Shown: positions 46,385 to 57,700, counted from the stretch's first letter. The stretch: 64,000 bases of DNA from Turneriella sp. (GCA_965279515.1 CBDIID010000003.1:192001-256000), one strand, 5' to 3'. Program-made: numbers and translations. Notes: generated by a model not told the origin, from the letters alone.

Positions 46385-48544
46385 ATGAGCCGAAAAAGCA
46401 GAACGGAAGAATTGAGCCAGGTTGCCGATATCTCCAATACGAAGATCCCCCGCATCGAGCTTTCGATGCGCTGGAGCATTGTCTCGCTCCTTACCCTGTT
46501 GATTCTGTTTTCAGCCGGCCTCATTATCCTGATCTCATACCTGGGTGGACGGCAATCGACACAGTTTCTGATCGATACGCTCATGGAAGATAAGGCATAC
46601 CGTTTTATCGATAAGGCTTCGCAGTTCCTGGTCGAAGCCAAGTCGTTGTCGTCGGATGCGCGTGACTCGATTTCAAAACTCACCCCTTTCCAGAAAAACG
46701 AGATAGAAAAAGAACTGAAAGATGTCTTTGAAGAACAGCCGTTTTTTTCCAATGCCTACCTGATCCGCAATGGCACAGCAAAAATTGCCTGGAATAAAGG
46801 AGTGCCGGTACCACACCAGCCCAACCTGCTGGAAGATATCGAAGACAAGGCTGCCGAGGCGGCGAAAATGCACCTCGAGGTTACCTATGAAGACCGCGTG
46901 ATCATAAATCCGGGACAATACGCGTGGGCGCAACCGGGCTTCTCCGACGGAAAAAAACTTACACCGATACATAAGACCTTCACCACGGGTGATCCGGGCA
47001 TTACAATCTGTTCGGCCAATAATCCTGTGGCCGGCATCGCCGCGGGAGCTGTCTGCGTGGATATCCACCTGGGAGACCTGGCGCTTTTTATCGGCTCAAT
47101 CAAAGTCGGTGAAACAGGGAAAGCCTTTCTCGCCGATAAGAACTGGAATATCATTGCGGCGCCGCAGGCGACGCGGGACTCATCTCCCTATACAAAAGCC
47201 GGGGCAACCATTGCCCTGAAGAATATCACGGAATTTGCCAACGGCGAAATCCAGACGGCTCATGTTGCAATGAATAAGAAGCTGAAGAAGCTGCAGAAAA
47301 ACAAAAAATGGCTCAAAAATAAAAAACCGTTCTTCTTTGACTTCAAGTTCGAAGGTAACCGTTTTGTCGGCCTGTTCGCTTCTTTCCCCGCGTACACCGG
47401 CCTCGACTGGCAGACGGGAGTTATCGTTCCCGAAGATGAATTCTTCTATTTCGTCCGCCGCAATACACGCCTCGTGATGATGGGGTCGGGTATCCTGATT
47501 TTGCTCGCGGTGATTCTGGGCTATATTTTTTCGCGGCGCCTTTCACGGCCGCTCAGCCAGCTCTCCGAAGAGATGGATAAAATTCAGCATTTCGATCTGA
47601 ATTCCGAAAAGACGATTGTGTCTTCGATCACCGATGTGCAAAACATGGTGGTATCGTTCTATAAGATGCGGCAGGGCCTGAGATCCTTCGGTAAATTTGT
47701 GCCGGCCGATATCGTGCGCCAGCTGATCGCCCAGGAGGGGGATGCCCACCTGCAGGGAGAGAAGCGGCAGCTGACGGTGCATTTTTCCGACATCGAGGGT
47801 TTTACGACAGTCTCCGAAAGCCTGAAGCCCGAAGATCTCGTCGAACTGCTCGCCGAATATCTGGGTGAGATGAGCCGTATCATCGCCGAAGAGAATGGCA
47901 CCGTCGATAAATATATCGGCGATGCCGTCATGGCTTTTTGGGGGGCCCCGCAGGCTGTTCCCGATCACGCCGAACGTGCAGCGACGGCGGCGCTGCGCTG
48001 CCAGGCCCGCCTCGTCGAGCTCGAAAAGAAGTGGATTGCCGAAGGCAGGCCGGTTTTTCGCGCACGCATTGGCCTGAACACCGGTGAAATCATCGTCGGT
48101 AATATGGGCTCGGCCGAGCGCCTCAACTATACGGTGATCGGCGATGCGGTGAACCTGGCGAGCCGCCTGGAAGGGATTAACAAATATTATGGTACGCGCA
48201 TCATGGTCGGTGAAGCGACACAGGTGCTTATCGCTGACAAATTTGTCACCCGGCTGCTCGATTTTGTTGCGGTTAAAGGCAAGAATGAGGCCGTGAAGAT
48301 CTATGAACTGGTGGGCGAGAAGGGTAAGGTGTCTGACACCATACTCGACTTCATCAGGCAGTTTGAGGGCGCGGTTGAATCGTACCGCAAACAAAACTGG
48401 GATGCCGCCGAAGCTGCACTGCGAAACGCGCTGAAACTCAAAGACGACGAAGCCTGCCATCTGTTCCTCGCGCGTATCGCCGAATACCGCGAAGACCCAC
48501 CCGGAGCCAATTGGTCGGGCGAATATGTTATGAAAACCAAGTGA
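46385..48544 (+). CDS. Membrane class III adenylate cyclase (Cache-like sensor + HAMP)
   Basis: Two TM segments; FSDIEGFT, DKYIGDA, RIGLNTG, NYTVIGDAVNLASRLE (K/T pair suggests ATP specificity). Confidence 0.92.
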   Translation: MSRKSRTEELSQVADISNTKIPRIELSMRWSIVSLLTLLILFSAGLIILISYLGGRQSTQFLIDTLMEDKAYRFIDKASQFLVEAKSLSSDARDSISKLTPFQKNEIEKELKDVFEEQPFFSNAYLIRNGTAKIAWNKGVPVPHQPNLLEDIEDKAAEAAKMHLEVTYEDRVIINPGQYAWAQPGFSDGKKLTPIHKTFTTGDPGITICSANNPVAGIAAGAVCVDIHLGDLALFIGSIKVGETGKAFLADKNWNIIAAPQATRDSSPYTKAGATIALKNITEFANGEIQTAHVAMNKKLKKLQKNKKWLKNKKPFFFDFKFEGNRFVGLFASFPAYTGLDWQTGVIVPEDEFFYFVRRNTRLVMMGSGILILLAVILGYIFSRRLSRPLSQLSEEMDKIQHFDLNSEKTIVSSITDVQNMVVSFYKMRQGLRSFGKFVPADIVRQLIAQEGDAHLQGEKRQLTVHFSDIEGFTTVSESLKPEDLVELLAEYLGEMSRIIAEENGTVDKYIGDAVMAFWGAPQAVPDHAERAATAALRCQARLVELEKKWIAEGRPVFRARIGLNTGEIIVGNMGSAERLNYTVIGDAVNLASRLEGINKYYGTRIMVGEATQVLIADKFVTRLLDFVAVKGKNEAVKIYELVGEKGKVSDTILDFIRQFEGAVESYRKQNWDAAEAALRNALKLKDDEACHLFLARIAEYREDPPGANWSGEYVMKTK

Positions 48545-49371
48545 ATGAAGAACGTATACACGCCCTCGCGCTGCATAATGCGCACTGTTTTTTAACCGAC
48601 AAGAACCGCCGCATTCTTGAAGCCGCGGGGGATTTCCCGCGTTTTGCACACATTCTACTCGGGGCGAAATTGGACGGGCACGTTGCCCAAGCCCGGGAAG
48701 AAATCGCGCAGATGCCCCCTGACGGCCTGCTGGCTTTTACCGACAGGGATTATCCGCCCCTACTTAAGGAAATCGGCTATGCACCCTTCTTTTTGTATTT
48801 GCGCGGCAACCGTGCGCTCTTATCGACAGCTGCGGTATCGCTCGTTGGTACGCGTGAACCCTCTGTAGCCGGGCGGCAAGCAGCCGCAAATCTTGCGGCA
48901 TTTTATGCCCGTGAACAGCTGACGGTGGTTTCCGGTATTGCGCGCGGCGTTGACAGCATCGCGCACCACAGCGCTCTCGCAGCCGGGGGTAAGACGATTG
49001 CCGTACTGCCCAACGGTTTTGATCATCTCTATCCGCTTGAAAACCGCGATCTCTATGAGGCGGCGAAGACCGACCGCAATATTCTGCTCGTGTCAGAATA
49101 CCCGCCCGGGCAAAAACCCCAGCGCCATCATTTCATCAGGCGCAACCGCCTGATTGCGGGTTTTTCAGCGCTGACCGTCTTTGTCGAAGGCGATGTCAAA
49201 AGCGGGGGGATGATTACCGTGAATCACGCGCTCAGCGAGGGCAGGGATGTCGCGGCTCTGTCGCATCCAGCACTGGCAAATAATGCCGGCGGGGAAAAAC
49301 TTATTTCCGAAGGTGCGGTGAATCTGACCGGGCTTGCCCTGGCTGCCGGTAGCCGTCGAGTATCTGCCTGA
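48541..49371 (+). CDS. dprA: DNA-processing protein DprA
   Basis: YPPLL, VGTR, VVSGIARGVD..AH, SEYPPG, FIRRNR; GTGA overlap with the cyclase stop. Confidence 0.92.
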   Translation: MNEERIHALALHNAHCFLTDKNRRILEAAGDFPRFAHILLGAKLDGHVAQAREEIAQMPPDGLLAFTDRDYPPLLKEIGYAPFFLYLRGNRALLSTAAVSLVGTREPSVAGRQAAANLAAFYAREQLTVVSGIARGVDSIAHHSALAAGGKTIAVLPNGFDHLYPLENRDLYEAAKTDRNILLVSEYPPGQKPQRHHFIRRNRLIAGFSALTVFVEGDVKSGGMITVNHALSEGRDVAALSHPALANNAGGEKLISEGAVNLTGLALAAGSRRVSA

Positions 49372-50080
49372 CCTGCTCTACCGGATTTTTCCCGAAAACC
49401 GTATAACGCGGAATAATCCGGGGAATATCTTCGCGCGAAGCGATGCGGTAATCGACCGACACCTGGTAACCGAAGCCTGCATGGCGCGCTGCCTTAAGGC
49501 CATCGGTGTCATAATATCCGAACGGCCATGCAAAGGATTCGATTTTGCGTCCCAGCGTCGATTCCAGGAAATTGCGGGCGAGGAAAAGTTCCTTAAAAAG
49601 CGCATCGTAGGGAGTGTCGCGCAAAAGTGCATGTGACCATGAATGGCTGCCAAAATCGAAAGCGGGTTGCTCGCGCGCAAGGCGCCGCCAGGCGGCGTCG
49701 CGCTGCAGCTGGTCGGCATAGAAGTAGAAGGTTGCGCCGAAGCCGCGGCGTACAAGCTCGGGCAGCACAATTTCGCGGTGAGCCGCATAACCGTCATCAA
49801 ACGTCATGACGATACGCGGCCGCAGGTCTTCGGGATTTCGGGCATCCACCCAGTCTTTCAGCGAAACGACCCTGAACGCTGCGAGGTTATCCAGAATCTC
49901 CCGGAAATCGTCGAGCGTAATGGCATACCGGCCCGGGCGGCCGACATCGTGAAAGCACAGCACGACGGCGTTTCTCAGGTGGGCGGGAATCGCAGGCGCG
50001 GGTTGCGCTTTCGGTTTACACCCCGTCGAAAGAACAAGGCAGAGAGCCCAAACGCCGATAACGCGACCTGAATATGTCAT
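49301..50080 (-). CDS. Polysaccharide deacetylase family lipoprotein
   Basis: Lipobox LSTGC; LCFHDV, MTFDDG, GSHSWSH, FAWPFG; start at ATG 50080. Confidence 0.85.
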   Translation of the reverse strand: MTYSGRVIGVWALCLVLSTGCKPKAQPAPAIPAHLRNAVVLCFHDVGRPGRYAITLDDFREILDNLAAFRVVSLKDWVDARNPEDLRPRIVMTFDDGYAAHREIVLPELVRRGFGATFYFYADQLQRDAAWRRLAREQPAFDFGSHSWSHALLRDTPYDALFKELFLARNFLESTLGRKIESFAWPFGYYDTDGLKAARHAGFGYQVSVDYRIASREDIPRIIPRYTVFGKNPVEQVRQILDGYRQPGQARSDSPHLRK

Positions 50081-50355
50081 CGCTTGCCCAAATCTATATC
50101 CGCCAGATGCGCTTCGACGAGGCAAGAAATAAACTGCTCTCGGAAATCGAACGTTTGTTTTTTGCAGGTGAGAGCGAGGTCGAGATCGTACACGGCATCG
50201 GCAATTACATTCTCCGGAAAATGGTGCTCCTCGAGCTGGCAAAGCTTGACTATGTGAGTATCAGTGATTCCGGGTTTAATCCGAATCCGGGTTCGCTCAA
50301 GGTTAAATTGCTGGTGCCTGACCCGGGTGTATTCAACACCTACCGCGGGCCCTGA
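50074..50355 (+). CDS. Stand-alone Smr/MutS2-domain protein
   Basis: MRFDEA...IVHGIGNYILRKMV...NPGSL matches the Smr pattern. Confidence 0.75.
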   Translation: MSSLAQIYIRQMRFDEARNKLLSEIERLFFAGESEVEIVHGIGNYILRKMVLLELAKLDYVSISDSGFNPNPGSLKVKLLVPDPGVFNTYRGP

Positions 50356-50356
50356 G

Positions 50357-50944
50357 CTACTCTGGCGCCTGGCGCCTGACCTGGTCCAGCGATTTGATGA
50401 TATAATCCACTTCGATATTCACGCGGCCGCCGGGTTGCCATTCAGCGATATTCGTTTTGCGGATGGTTTCCGGAATAATCTGCACACGGAATTCTGCGGC
50501 GCTGATTTTCTCCATAACTGTCAGGCTGATGCCGTCGAGGCATACAGAACCTTTGGAAATAATATAAGGGGATGGATATTCGAGGACGATATCAACAGCT
50601 TCAGCTTTATCGATCTTTTTCACTGCTGCTGTGGCTTCGACATGCCCCTGCACAAGATGGCCGCCGATACGGTCGCCCATTTTGAGTGCGCGCTCAAGGT
50701 TGACGCGCGTGCCTGTTTTGAAGTCATGAAAATTCGTCACCGCGAGAGTTTCAGGAATCGAAAAGATTTTAAAGCTTTGTCTGTCGAACTCTTCGACAGT
50801 CTGGCAGGCGCCAGAAACAGAAATGCTGTCACCGATGCGCATATCGGCCAGTATGTCTTTGCACTGGATTGTGTAACGCCTGCCGTTCGGCAGAACTTCC
50901 ACAGCGGAAATTAATCCCACTTCTTCAATGAGACCAGTAAACAT
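50357..50944 (-). CDS. ribE: Riboflavin synthase (alpha chain)
   Basis: MFTGLIEE, GDSISVSGACQTV, VNLERAL, GGHLVQGHV, VNIEVD. Confidence 0.96.
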   Translation of the reverse strand: MFTGLIEEVGLISAVEVLPNGRRYTIQCKDILADMRIGDSISVSGACQTVEEFDRQSFKIFSIPETLAVTNFHDFKTGTRVNLERALKMGDRIGGHLVQGHVEATAAVKKIDKAEAVDIVLEYPSPYIISKGSVCLDGISLTVMEKISAAEFRVQIIPETIRKTNIAEWQPGGRVNIEVDYIIKSLDQVRRQAPE

Positions 50945-50946
50945 TT

Positions 50947-51017
50947 AGCGGGCAAAGGGACTCGAACCCTCTCTAAAAGCTTGGAAGGCTTTTGTGCTAC
51001 CGTTACACCATGCCCGC
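50947..51017 (-). tRNA. tRNA-Gly (anticodon TCC), CCA not encoded
   Basis: GCGGGCA TGGTGTAACGGTAGCAC A AAAGC CT TCC AA GCTTT TAGA GAGGG TTCGAGT CCCTT TGCCCGC T folds as a 71-nt cloverleaf. Confidence 0.95.
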
Positions 51018-51068
51018 GGATTATTTATAATACTCCGTGGAGCGCTAAACCGGACATTCTGAGAAAAC

Positions 51069-52268
51069 TCAGAATGTCTGGTGGAAATGCCGCGAGGTTT
51101 CGTAGTCGACGTCTCCTGTCGGAGCTTCGTTGCCTTTTGCGAAAGCCTTGAAAAACAGGATTCCAAAGATACCCACTGCGCCAAAGAAGGCACCAATTTC
51201 CAGGGGACCTATGGGGAAGCTGTTCACTTTACTTGCGCCATTGGCATGGCCCAGCGCTGAACCGTAGACGACCCAGATGATGTCGACGAAGCTGACGAAC
51301 AGGATGTACCAGGCAACGCGCGCCAGGCGTTTCGGTGCACGTTTGATGTCTGCTGAAAGCAGGATAAAGAACGGTATAACAAAGTGGAGCATCCAAAGCA
51401 ATACTGTGAACATCTTCCACACACCCTGCAGGCGAAGTTCGAGCAGATATGTCTCTTCAGGCATGTTGGCATACCATGTCAGCATGTGCATACTAAAGCC
51501 GATATAGGCCCAGAATACCACAGACATAAACTGCCATTTACCCAGGTCGTGCAGGTGCTCCTCGTTCACATCTTTCAGGCCACCATGCTTCTGAACTGTG
51601 ACAAGGATAATGATGATGCCCGCGATCGCACCGAACCAGCCATTGGCAAAACAATAGACCGGGAACATGGTCGTAAACCAGTGCGGTTGCAGCGACATGA
51701 CAAAATCAATCGATGCCAGCATGAACGAATAGGCGAAAAACAGCGTGTAAATCGCCGAATATTTTACAAGTTTTGATTTGGTCGCCGCGTCTTTAGCGGT
51801 GTCCTGAGCAGCCGAAGTCTTGCGCAGCAAGTGGCCCAGATAAAACCAAATGGCGAAGTAGAAGACCATGCGGGCGATGAAAAAAGGAATATTCAGGTAG
51901 CCTTTTTTCTGCTGCAGAATCTCGTCGTGGGCGACAATCTTCGGATCAGCCCACTCATAGACATGGTTCCAGTGGAATGCCGCGCCTGCCGCCACGATGG
52001 CAATGAGAACACCACCGGCGAGCAGTGGCGCCGCAAAGTTTTCAGGGATGCGCCTGAGTACCACAGACCATTTGGCGCCGGCGATAAACTGAATTGCCGC
52101 AAACAGCAGTCCGATGAGCGATATGCATACAATAAAGTAGCCGACGCTCAGCAGCGTCAGCCATGCGCGGTCCGCTGCCAGAATAAAGCCGGCAGCAAGG
52201 GAAATCACCCCCACGCCAACCATCCCCCAGAGGATTTTATAGTGTTTATCAGGTAGAACAAATTTCAT
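51069..52268 (-). CDS. actF: Alternative complex III subunit F (NrfD-like)
   Basis: AKWSVVLRRIPE, YLNIPFFIAR, MSLQPHWFTT, HDLGK, WYANMPEE; operon context. Confidence 0.88.
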   Translation of the reverse strand: MKFVLPDKHYKILWGMVGVGVISLAAGFILAADRAWLTLLSVGYFIVCISLIGLLFAAIQFIAGAKWSVVLRRIPENFAAPLLAGGVLIAIVAAGAAFHWNHVYEWADPKIVAHDEILQQKKGYLNIPFFIARMVFYFAIWFYLGHLLRKTSAAQDTAKDAATKSKLVKYSAIYTLFFAYSFMLASIDFVMSLQPHWFTTMFPVYCFANGWFGAIAGIIIILVTVQKHGGLKDVNEEHLHDLGKWQFMSVVFWAYIGFSMHMLTWYANMPEETYLLELRLQGVWKMFTVLLWMLHFVIPFFILLSADIKRAPKRLARVAWYILFVSFVDIIWVVYGSALGHANGASKVNSFPIGPLEIGAFFGAVGIFGILFFKAFAKGNEAPTGDVDYETSRHFHQTF

Positions 52269-52286
52269 ATTTTTTCCTTTGTCCGG

Positions 52287-52829
52287 TTATTTCTTTTTCT
52301 GCAATTCGTTCTTGACATAGGCCGCGATATTCCAGCGGTCCTGTTCTTGTACTTGTGGAGCATAGCCCTGCATGAGACCCTGCCCGGCGGTTGCAATATG
52401 ATAGATCTTTGAAATCGGGAACGCTTCCGCGCGTTCCACAGGCTTACCTGCGGCTGTTGCGAGGGGACGCACGCCAGCGAATTTTTTCGCCACCGCGCCA
52501 TCCGCATAACCCTGCGCACCATGGCAGGGAGCACAATAGATCTGATATTTCTTCTCGCCGCGCTTAACGTCGACTGCGGCAGGAGCTTTGAGCTCGCGCG
52601 TGGCGAGTTCTACGTCCGCGTCTTTTTTATATGGATAAGCCGGCGCGCTGTTGTACGCTACGGTGTTTTCCGGTTCGAGCATGTCAAACTGGCGTTTGCC
52701 GCGGTTGTCAAATTTAGCCGTGTCACCGCCCGGTGAATAATGCATGTCGTCAAAATAGTGGTACTCACGGCGGACGTCCGCGCACGAGACCGCTGCGATC
52801 GCTGCACAGAGAATTGCAAGGCGAATCAT
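52287..52829 (-). CDS. actE: Alternative complex III subunit E (monoheme c lipoprotein)
   Basis: Lipobox AVSC, DMHYSP, CAPCHG, DRWNIAAYV. Confidence 0.88.
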   Translation of the reverse strand: MIRLAILCAAIAAVSCADVRREYHYFDDMHYSPGGDTAKFDNRGKRQFDMLEPENTVAYNSAPAYPYKKDADVELATRELKAPAAVDVKRGEKKYQIYCAPCHGAQGYADGAVAKKFAGVRPLATAAGKPVERAEAFPISKIYHIATAGQGLMQGYAPQVQEQDRWNIAAYVKNELQKKK

Positions 52830-53377
52830 GGTTGGAGCTCCTTAATGTCGGCGGGGAGGCCTGACAGAATGCGTTCCACGTCAGCTTTAGTGAGGTTCGC
52901 GTCACCAAGCCAAATTGCGAAAACGTCGGAAGTGACCCCAGGGGCGGGTACTTTGCGGTTAATCATGCCGAGGCGGCCGAGAACGAGTACCGACACGACG
53001 GTGAATACCGAAGCGAAATAAATCGTCAGCTCAAACAGAATCGGTATGTATGCCGGCCATGAAAAGTATGGCTTACCGCCGAAAACAATCGGCCAGTTAA
53101 ATACGTCGATGAAGGCAATGTAGGATAACCCCAGGATCAGCGCCATCATGCCGCCGATAAAAGTCATCACCGGGATCCATGAGCGATTGAGCCCCATCGC
53201 ATGGTCGAGACCGTGTATGGGGCAGGGTGTGAAGCAGTCAAAACTCTTCACATTCGCCTGTTTCGTTTTTTCAGCCGCCTTTAGAAGATCGGCGGCCGAT
53301 TTGAACGAAGCGATAAATCCGCCGGATGCTTCTTCGTAGGAGAAAAGCCCGCGTTTGATTTCTGCAATTGATAACAT
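52826..53377 (-). CDS. actD: Alternative complex III subunit D (DUF3341)
   Basis: FTPCPIHGLDHAMG, WPIVFGGKP, PILFELT. Confidence 0.9.
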   Translation of the reverse strand: MLSIAEIKRGLFSYEEASGGFIASFKSAADLLKAAEKTKQANVKSFDCFTPCPIHGLDHAMGLNRSWIPVMTFIGGMMALILGLSYIAFIDVFNWPIVFGGKPYFSWPAYIPILFELTIYFASVFTVVSVLVLGRLGMINRKVPAPGVTSDVFAIWLGDANLTKADVERILSGLPADIKELQP

Positions 53378-53386
53378 GGTATTTCC

Positions 53387-54775
53387 TTAGTGGTGCTGGC
53401 TCAGCGCCGCGTTTGTTTCGTCCGCTTTAACTTCGGCCAAGGCGATCGAAGGTATCGTCCGTATGAACATCAGGAACAAGGTAAAAAAGATACCAAAGCT
53501 GCCGATGAGCACCGCGTAGTCTGCCCAGGTCGGATCGTAAGAGTCCCAGCTCGACGGCAGGTAGTCGCGGTGCAGTGAGATAATAACGATCACAAAGCGC
53601 TCGAACCACATACCGATGTTGACCACGATCGAGATGACAAAGAGCACCTTGATGTTGGTGCGCAGTTTCTTGAACCACATAAAGTGGGGGGAAACTACGT
53701 TACAGGTGAACATGATCCAGAACGCCCAGGCAAACGGACCTTTGATGCGGTTGATGAATGCATATTGTTCGATGTGGCTCGCTGAATAAGCTGCCATGAC
53801 GAATTCTACCGTGTATGCAAAAGATACCATCATACCCGTGACGAGAATGACAATCGCCATATTCTCTAAGTGCTTGAGCGTGATGTATTCCTTGAGTTTG
53901 AAAACTTCGCGCGTGATAATCATGAGCGTCATCACCATCGCAAAGCCAGAATAGATCGCACCGGCAACGAAGTAAGGAGGAAAGATTGTTGCGTGCCAGC
54001 CGGGGATCACCGATGTCGCAAAGTCCATCGAAACGATGGTGTGCACTGAAAGAACCAGAGGTGTAGCAAGTGCCGAGAGAATCATGACCATCTTTTCATA
54101 GTGGTGCCAGGTTTTCGCCGAACCGACCCAGCCTAAAGCCATTGCACGGTAAGCGATTGCTTTCATTTGGAGCAAAAGCGCACCAAGCTTGCTCTTCGCC
54201 TTATAACGCTCAAAACGGTCGCGCAATGTGGCAAAGTCAGGCACGAGACCCATGTACCAGAAAATCAGTGAAACTGAAAAGTAAGTCGAAATCGCAAAAA
54301 GGTCCCAAAGCAGGGGCGAGCGGAAGTTGGCCCACAGCGGACCGCGCTCGTTGGGGTAGGGGAATGCCCAGTAAACAAACCACGGACGGCCGATGTGAAT
54401 CAGCGGGAAAATCGCCGCAACAATAACCGCAAAGATCGTCATTGCTTCAGCAGCGCGGTTAATCGATGTACGCCATTTCTGGCGGAAGAGGAAGAGAATC
54501 GCTGAAATGAGCGTGCCGGCGTGGCCGATACCGACCCAAAAGACGAAGTTCACAATGAAGAAACCCCAGCCTACCGGGTTATTGATCGCAAAGATACCAA
54601 GGCCTACAACCCATGAGTAAGCGATGGTGGCAAGACCCAGTACCGCTGCGGCCACTGAAATACCGAAAGCGCCCCACCACAGTTTTGTGGGGAACGCCTC
54701 GATGGGACGCATAACATCGTCGTCCATCGCCGCGAACGGCTTACCGATATGATAATCGTTTTTCTCTGTCGCCAT
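53387..54775 (-). CDS. actC: Alternative complex III subunit C (NrfD/PsrC family)
   Basis: [43 protein letters not shown]. Confidence 0.93.
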   Translation of the reverse strand: MATEKNDYHIGKPFAAMDDDVMRPIEAFPTKLWWGAFGISVAAAVLGLATIAYSWVVGLGIFAINNPVGWGFFIVNFVFWVGIGHAGTLISAILFLFRQKWRTSINRAAEAMTIFAVIVAAIFPLIHIGRPWFVYWAFPYPNERGPLWANFRSPLLWDLFAISTYFSVSLIFWYMGLVPDFATLRDRFERYKAKSKLGALLLQMKAIAYRAMALGWVGSAKTWHHYEKMVMILSALATPLVLSVHTIVSMDFATSVIPGWHATIFPPYFVAGAIYSGFAMVMTLMIITREVFKLKEYITLKHLENMAIVILVTGMMVSFAYTVEFVMAAYSASHIEQYAFINRIKGPFAWAFWIMFTCNVVSPHFMWFKKLRTNIKVLFVISIVVNIGMWFERFVIVIISLHRDYLPSSWDSYDPTWADYAVLIGSFGIFFTLFLMFIRTIPSIALAEVKADETNAALSQHH

Positions 54776-54776
54776 G

Positions 54777-57700
54777 TTAAGCCTTCGCCTCGCTTCTGTT
54801 TTTCACGCGCACCATGTATTTGACCGACGGTTCGACGTTGATCTGTGCGAGAATTTTGTAAGAGCGCGGGTTGCTGTTTGCCTTAACAACCTGTGTGTCC
54901 GCGCTGTTGATGTTGCCGAAAGTGATCGCTCCTGCGGAGCAAGCTTCCTGGCAAGCAGTCTGAATTTCACCGTCGCGTACCGCGCGGCTCTCGACCTTTG
55001 CCAACTGGCGTTTTTCAGAAATACGCTGCTGGCAGAACGAGCACTTCTCGATCACACCGCGCGAACGCACTGTGACATCGGGGTTCAGCGCGTACTGCTG
55101 CGGATCCTTGAGTTTGTCTTCCCAGTTTTCAAACCAGTTAAAGCGGCGCACCTTGTAAGGGCAGTTGTTCGAGCAATAGCGTGTACCGATGCAACGGTTG
55201 TACGCCATGTAGTTGATACCTTCTGAACTGTGGCCTGTCGCGCCCACCGGGCAGACGTTTTCGCACGGTGCGTTTTCACAATGCTGGCACATGACGGGCT
55301 GGAAGAACACATCGGGGGATACCATATCCGGGTCGGCCTTTTCAGCCGCATCGTTTTCGTAGATATAGTAGCGGTCGATGCGCAGCCAGCTCATTTCGCG
55401 GCCGCGGTTAACTTCAGCTTTGCCCACAGCGGGGATGTTATTCTCGGAATAACATGCCATCACGCAGGCTGAACAACCCGTACATTTGTTGAGGTCGATG
55501 TTGAGGTTCCAGCGATAGCCATCTTCATAGTTGTGTTTCGGGTAGAGCCCTTTGGCTTTACCGCCGTGCGGGCGCTCTTCATGCTCGTGCAGAAGGTCAT
55601 GCTTTTTCTCTTTGATGGCCTTTTCGTAAGTCTTGAGATCAACCTGGCGTGCGAGACCGCGGATAACCGCGAACTCATAGTGACGCTGGGTCGACGCGAG
55701 CATGTCGTATTTGCCGATTTTCTCGATCGTCACGCTGAGGCCCGACGAAGACGTCTGGCCCGCTGCATAACTTTGCAGCGCATAAGCGTTTTTTCCCACA
55801 CCGGCGCCGACAGCACCTAAGTGAGACTGACCGAAACCGATCGCGAGTGCCAGGGAACCGCGGCGCATACCAGGCTGAATGAACGCCGGAACTTCAAACG
55901 CGACTTTTCCTGCGCTGAGTTTAATCAGGTCCTGTGTTTTAATATTCAGCGTCTTCGCATCCGCAGGGCTGATGAGCAGTACGTTATCCCAGGTAATTTT
56001 GGTGACCGCATCGGGGAGTTCCTGGCGGAAAGAGATGTTGGCACCCACACCATCGCCGAGTCCGACGCTCTCAATCAGGTTAAGCGTATAACCGGCTTTG
56101 GGGTCAAGGCTGGGTTTGACGTCTTTGAGCGCGGCAGATTTAAAAGCACGCGCGGCACCCGCACCCGGAGCATCGATGATAGCAAAGCCCGCAGCGAGGG
56201 TTGTATTCCATGCCTGGCCTTTGGCATTCACGGCATGGCTCTTTTTCACCTGCTCATATGCCGAGGTCGTATTGCCAGTGAGGCGGCCGTAGATTTCAAG
56301 CGCCGGCAGGGTATCAAACAGCTGGCGGATGACCGGCTGTACGATGCCATAAGAGCCGTGCGAAAGTGCATCGGACCAGGACTCGAGGTAGTGGCTGACC
56401 GGCAGAACATGCGTCGCCAATACAGCGGTATCATTGAGATGATCGCCGATGAAGATGACGTTCTTTACGTTCTTGAGTGCGCTGGTAAAACCCGACGCTT
56501 CCGGAAGTTCATAAACCGGGTTCGCACGGTCGATAACCAGTGTCTCAACCTTGCCGGCTTTCATTTCGGCGATCAGGGCTTCGAGCGCCGACGCATCGCT
56601 GATATCAGAGTTCGCGCGCAGGGCGCCCTTGACAGAAACCGTTTTTCCTTCGTTGCCAAGCAGTGCGTTCAGTAGGTTAACAGCAATCTGCAGTTCGCCC
56701 GGAACAAGCGTGCTGGCATTGACTCCGCCGCCGACCACGAGGGATTTCCCTCTGAAATGTTTCAGTTCTTCAGCGAGTTCAATGATTTGTTTTTCCGCGA
56801 GACCTGTTACTTTCGCAACAGCTGCCGGGGTATATGCCTGAACTGCCGCGCGCACAGCGCCGTCACCAGCAAGGGCAGAGCCGGGTAGCAGGAGGTTTGC
56901 AAGCCCCAGGGCAAATGCCGTGTGCGTTCCGGCCACGAGGGCCAGACGCTCGTCGGCGTTACTGCCTGTCAGTGACATCGCGGCTTCTGCAACCACCAGG
57001 CGGTTCATTCTGCCGGATGAGGGCTCGCGGCGTGCGGCCCACTGTTTTGTATAGAGTTCTGGAGCAAGCCAGGTACCGATAAAATCGGCTTCAATGGCGA
57101 GAATCAGATCCGCTTCATCAAACCGGTGCGCGGGGATTGTCGCTGTACCGAAGCTGGCCTTATTGCCGAGCGCGATATCAGAAAGTGTGCTGGTCGGATC
57201 GTAGACAACAGTTTTGCCGAGCTTCGCGCGAGCCGCTTCTTCTGCAGGGGAAAAAGTGCTGCGTGAAAGTACGCGGGCATTCCCTTTAAGGGCGACGGCC
57301 GCTTCTTTAATGAGGTCATCCCATTTTGCTGGTGCCAGTTTGCCACCGTCTTTCTTCAGAGGTGCTTTGATGCGGTCTGGATCATAGAGATCCCAGATCG
57401 AGGCATAGGTATCAGCGCTGGCAGCACCGCCATATACGCCGTGTGTATGCAAACCTTCAATCTTGATCGGCTTGCCTTCACGTGTTTTCACGAGTACGGG
57501 TGTGACCCCGCGCGCGCTGATCTGCGTGCTGGCGAAATAACGCGCCTGGCCTGGAACGTATTCCATCGGGCGGTCTACATAAGGAACGATCTTTTCAACC
57601 GGCTCGCGGCAGGCGGCCAGGGCGGCCATGGAGATGGATGCGCCCATGAAGGTGAGGAAGCTCTTACGATCGAGGTTGGCATTCATGCCGCGCTCGATCA

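Noticed and set aside
47543..48649. 368-aa antisense ORF over the adenylate cyclase
   Set aside because: Shadow frame of a well-supported gene; no motifs.
50081..50242. 5' extension of the deacetylase ORF
   Set aside because: Arg/Pro-rich antisense of smr; the lipoprotein signal begins at 50080.
50947..51017. tRNA as an integration site
   Set aside because: No integrase and no duplicated tRNA 3' end seen in the window.
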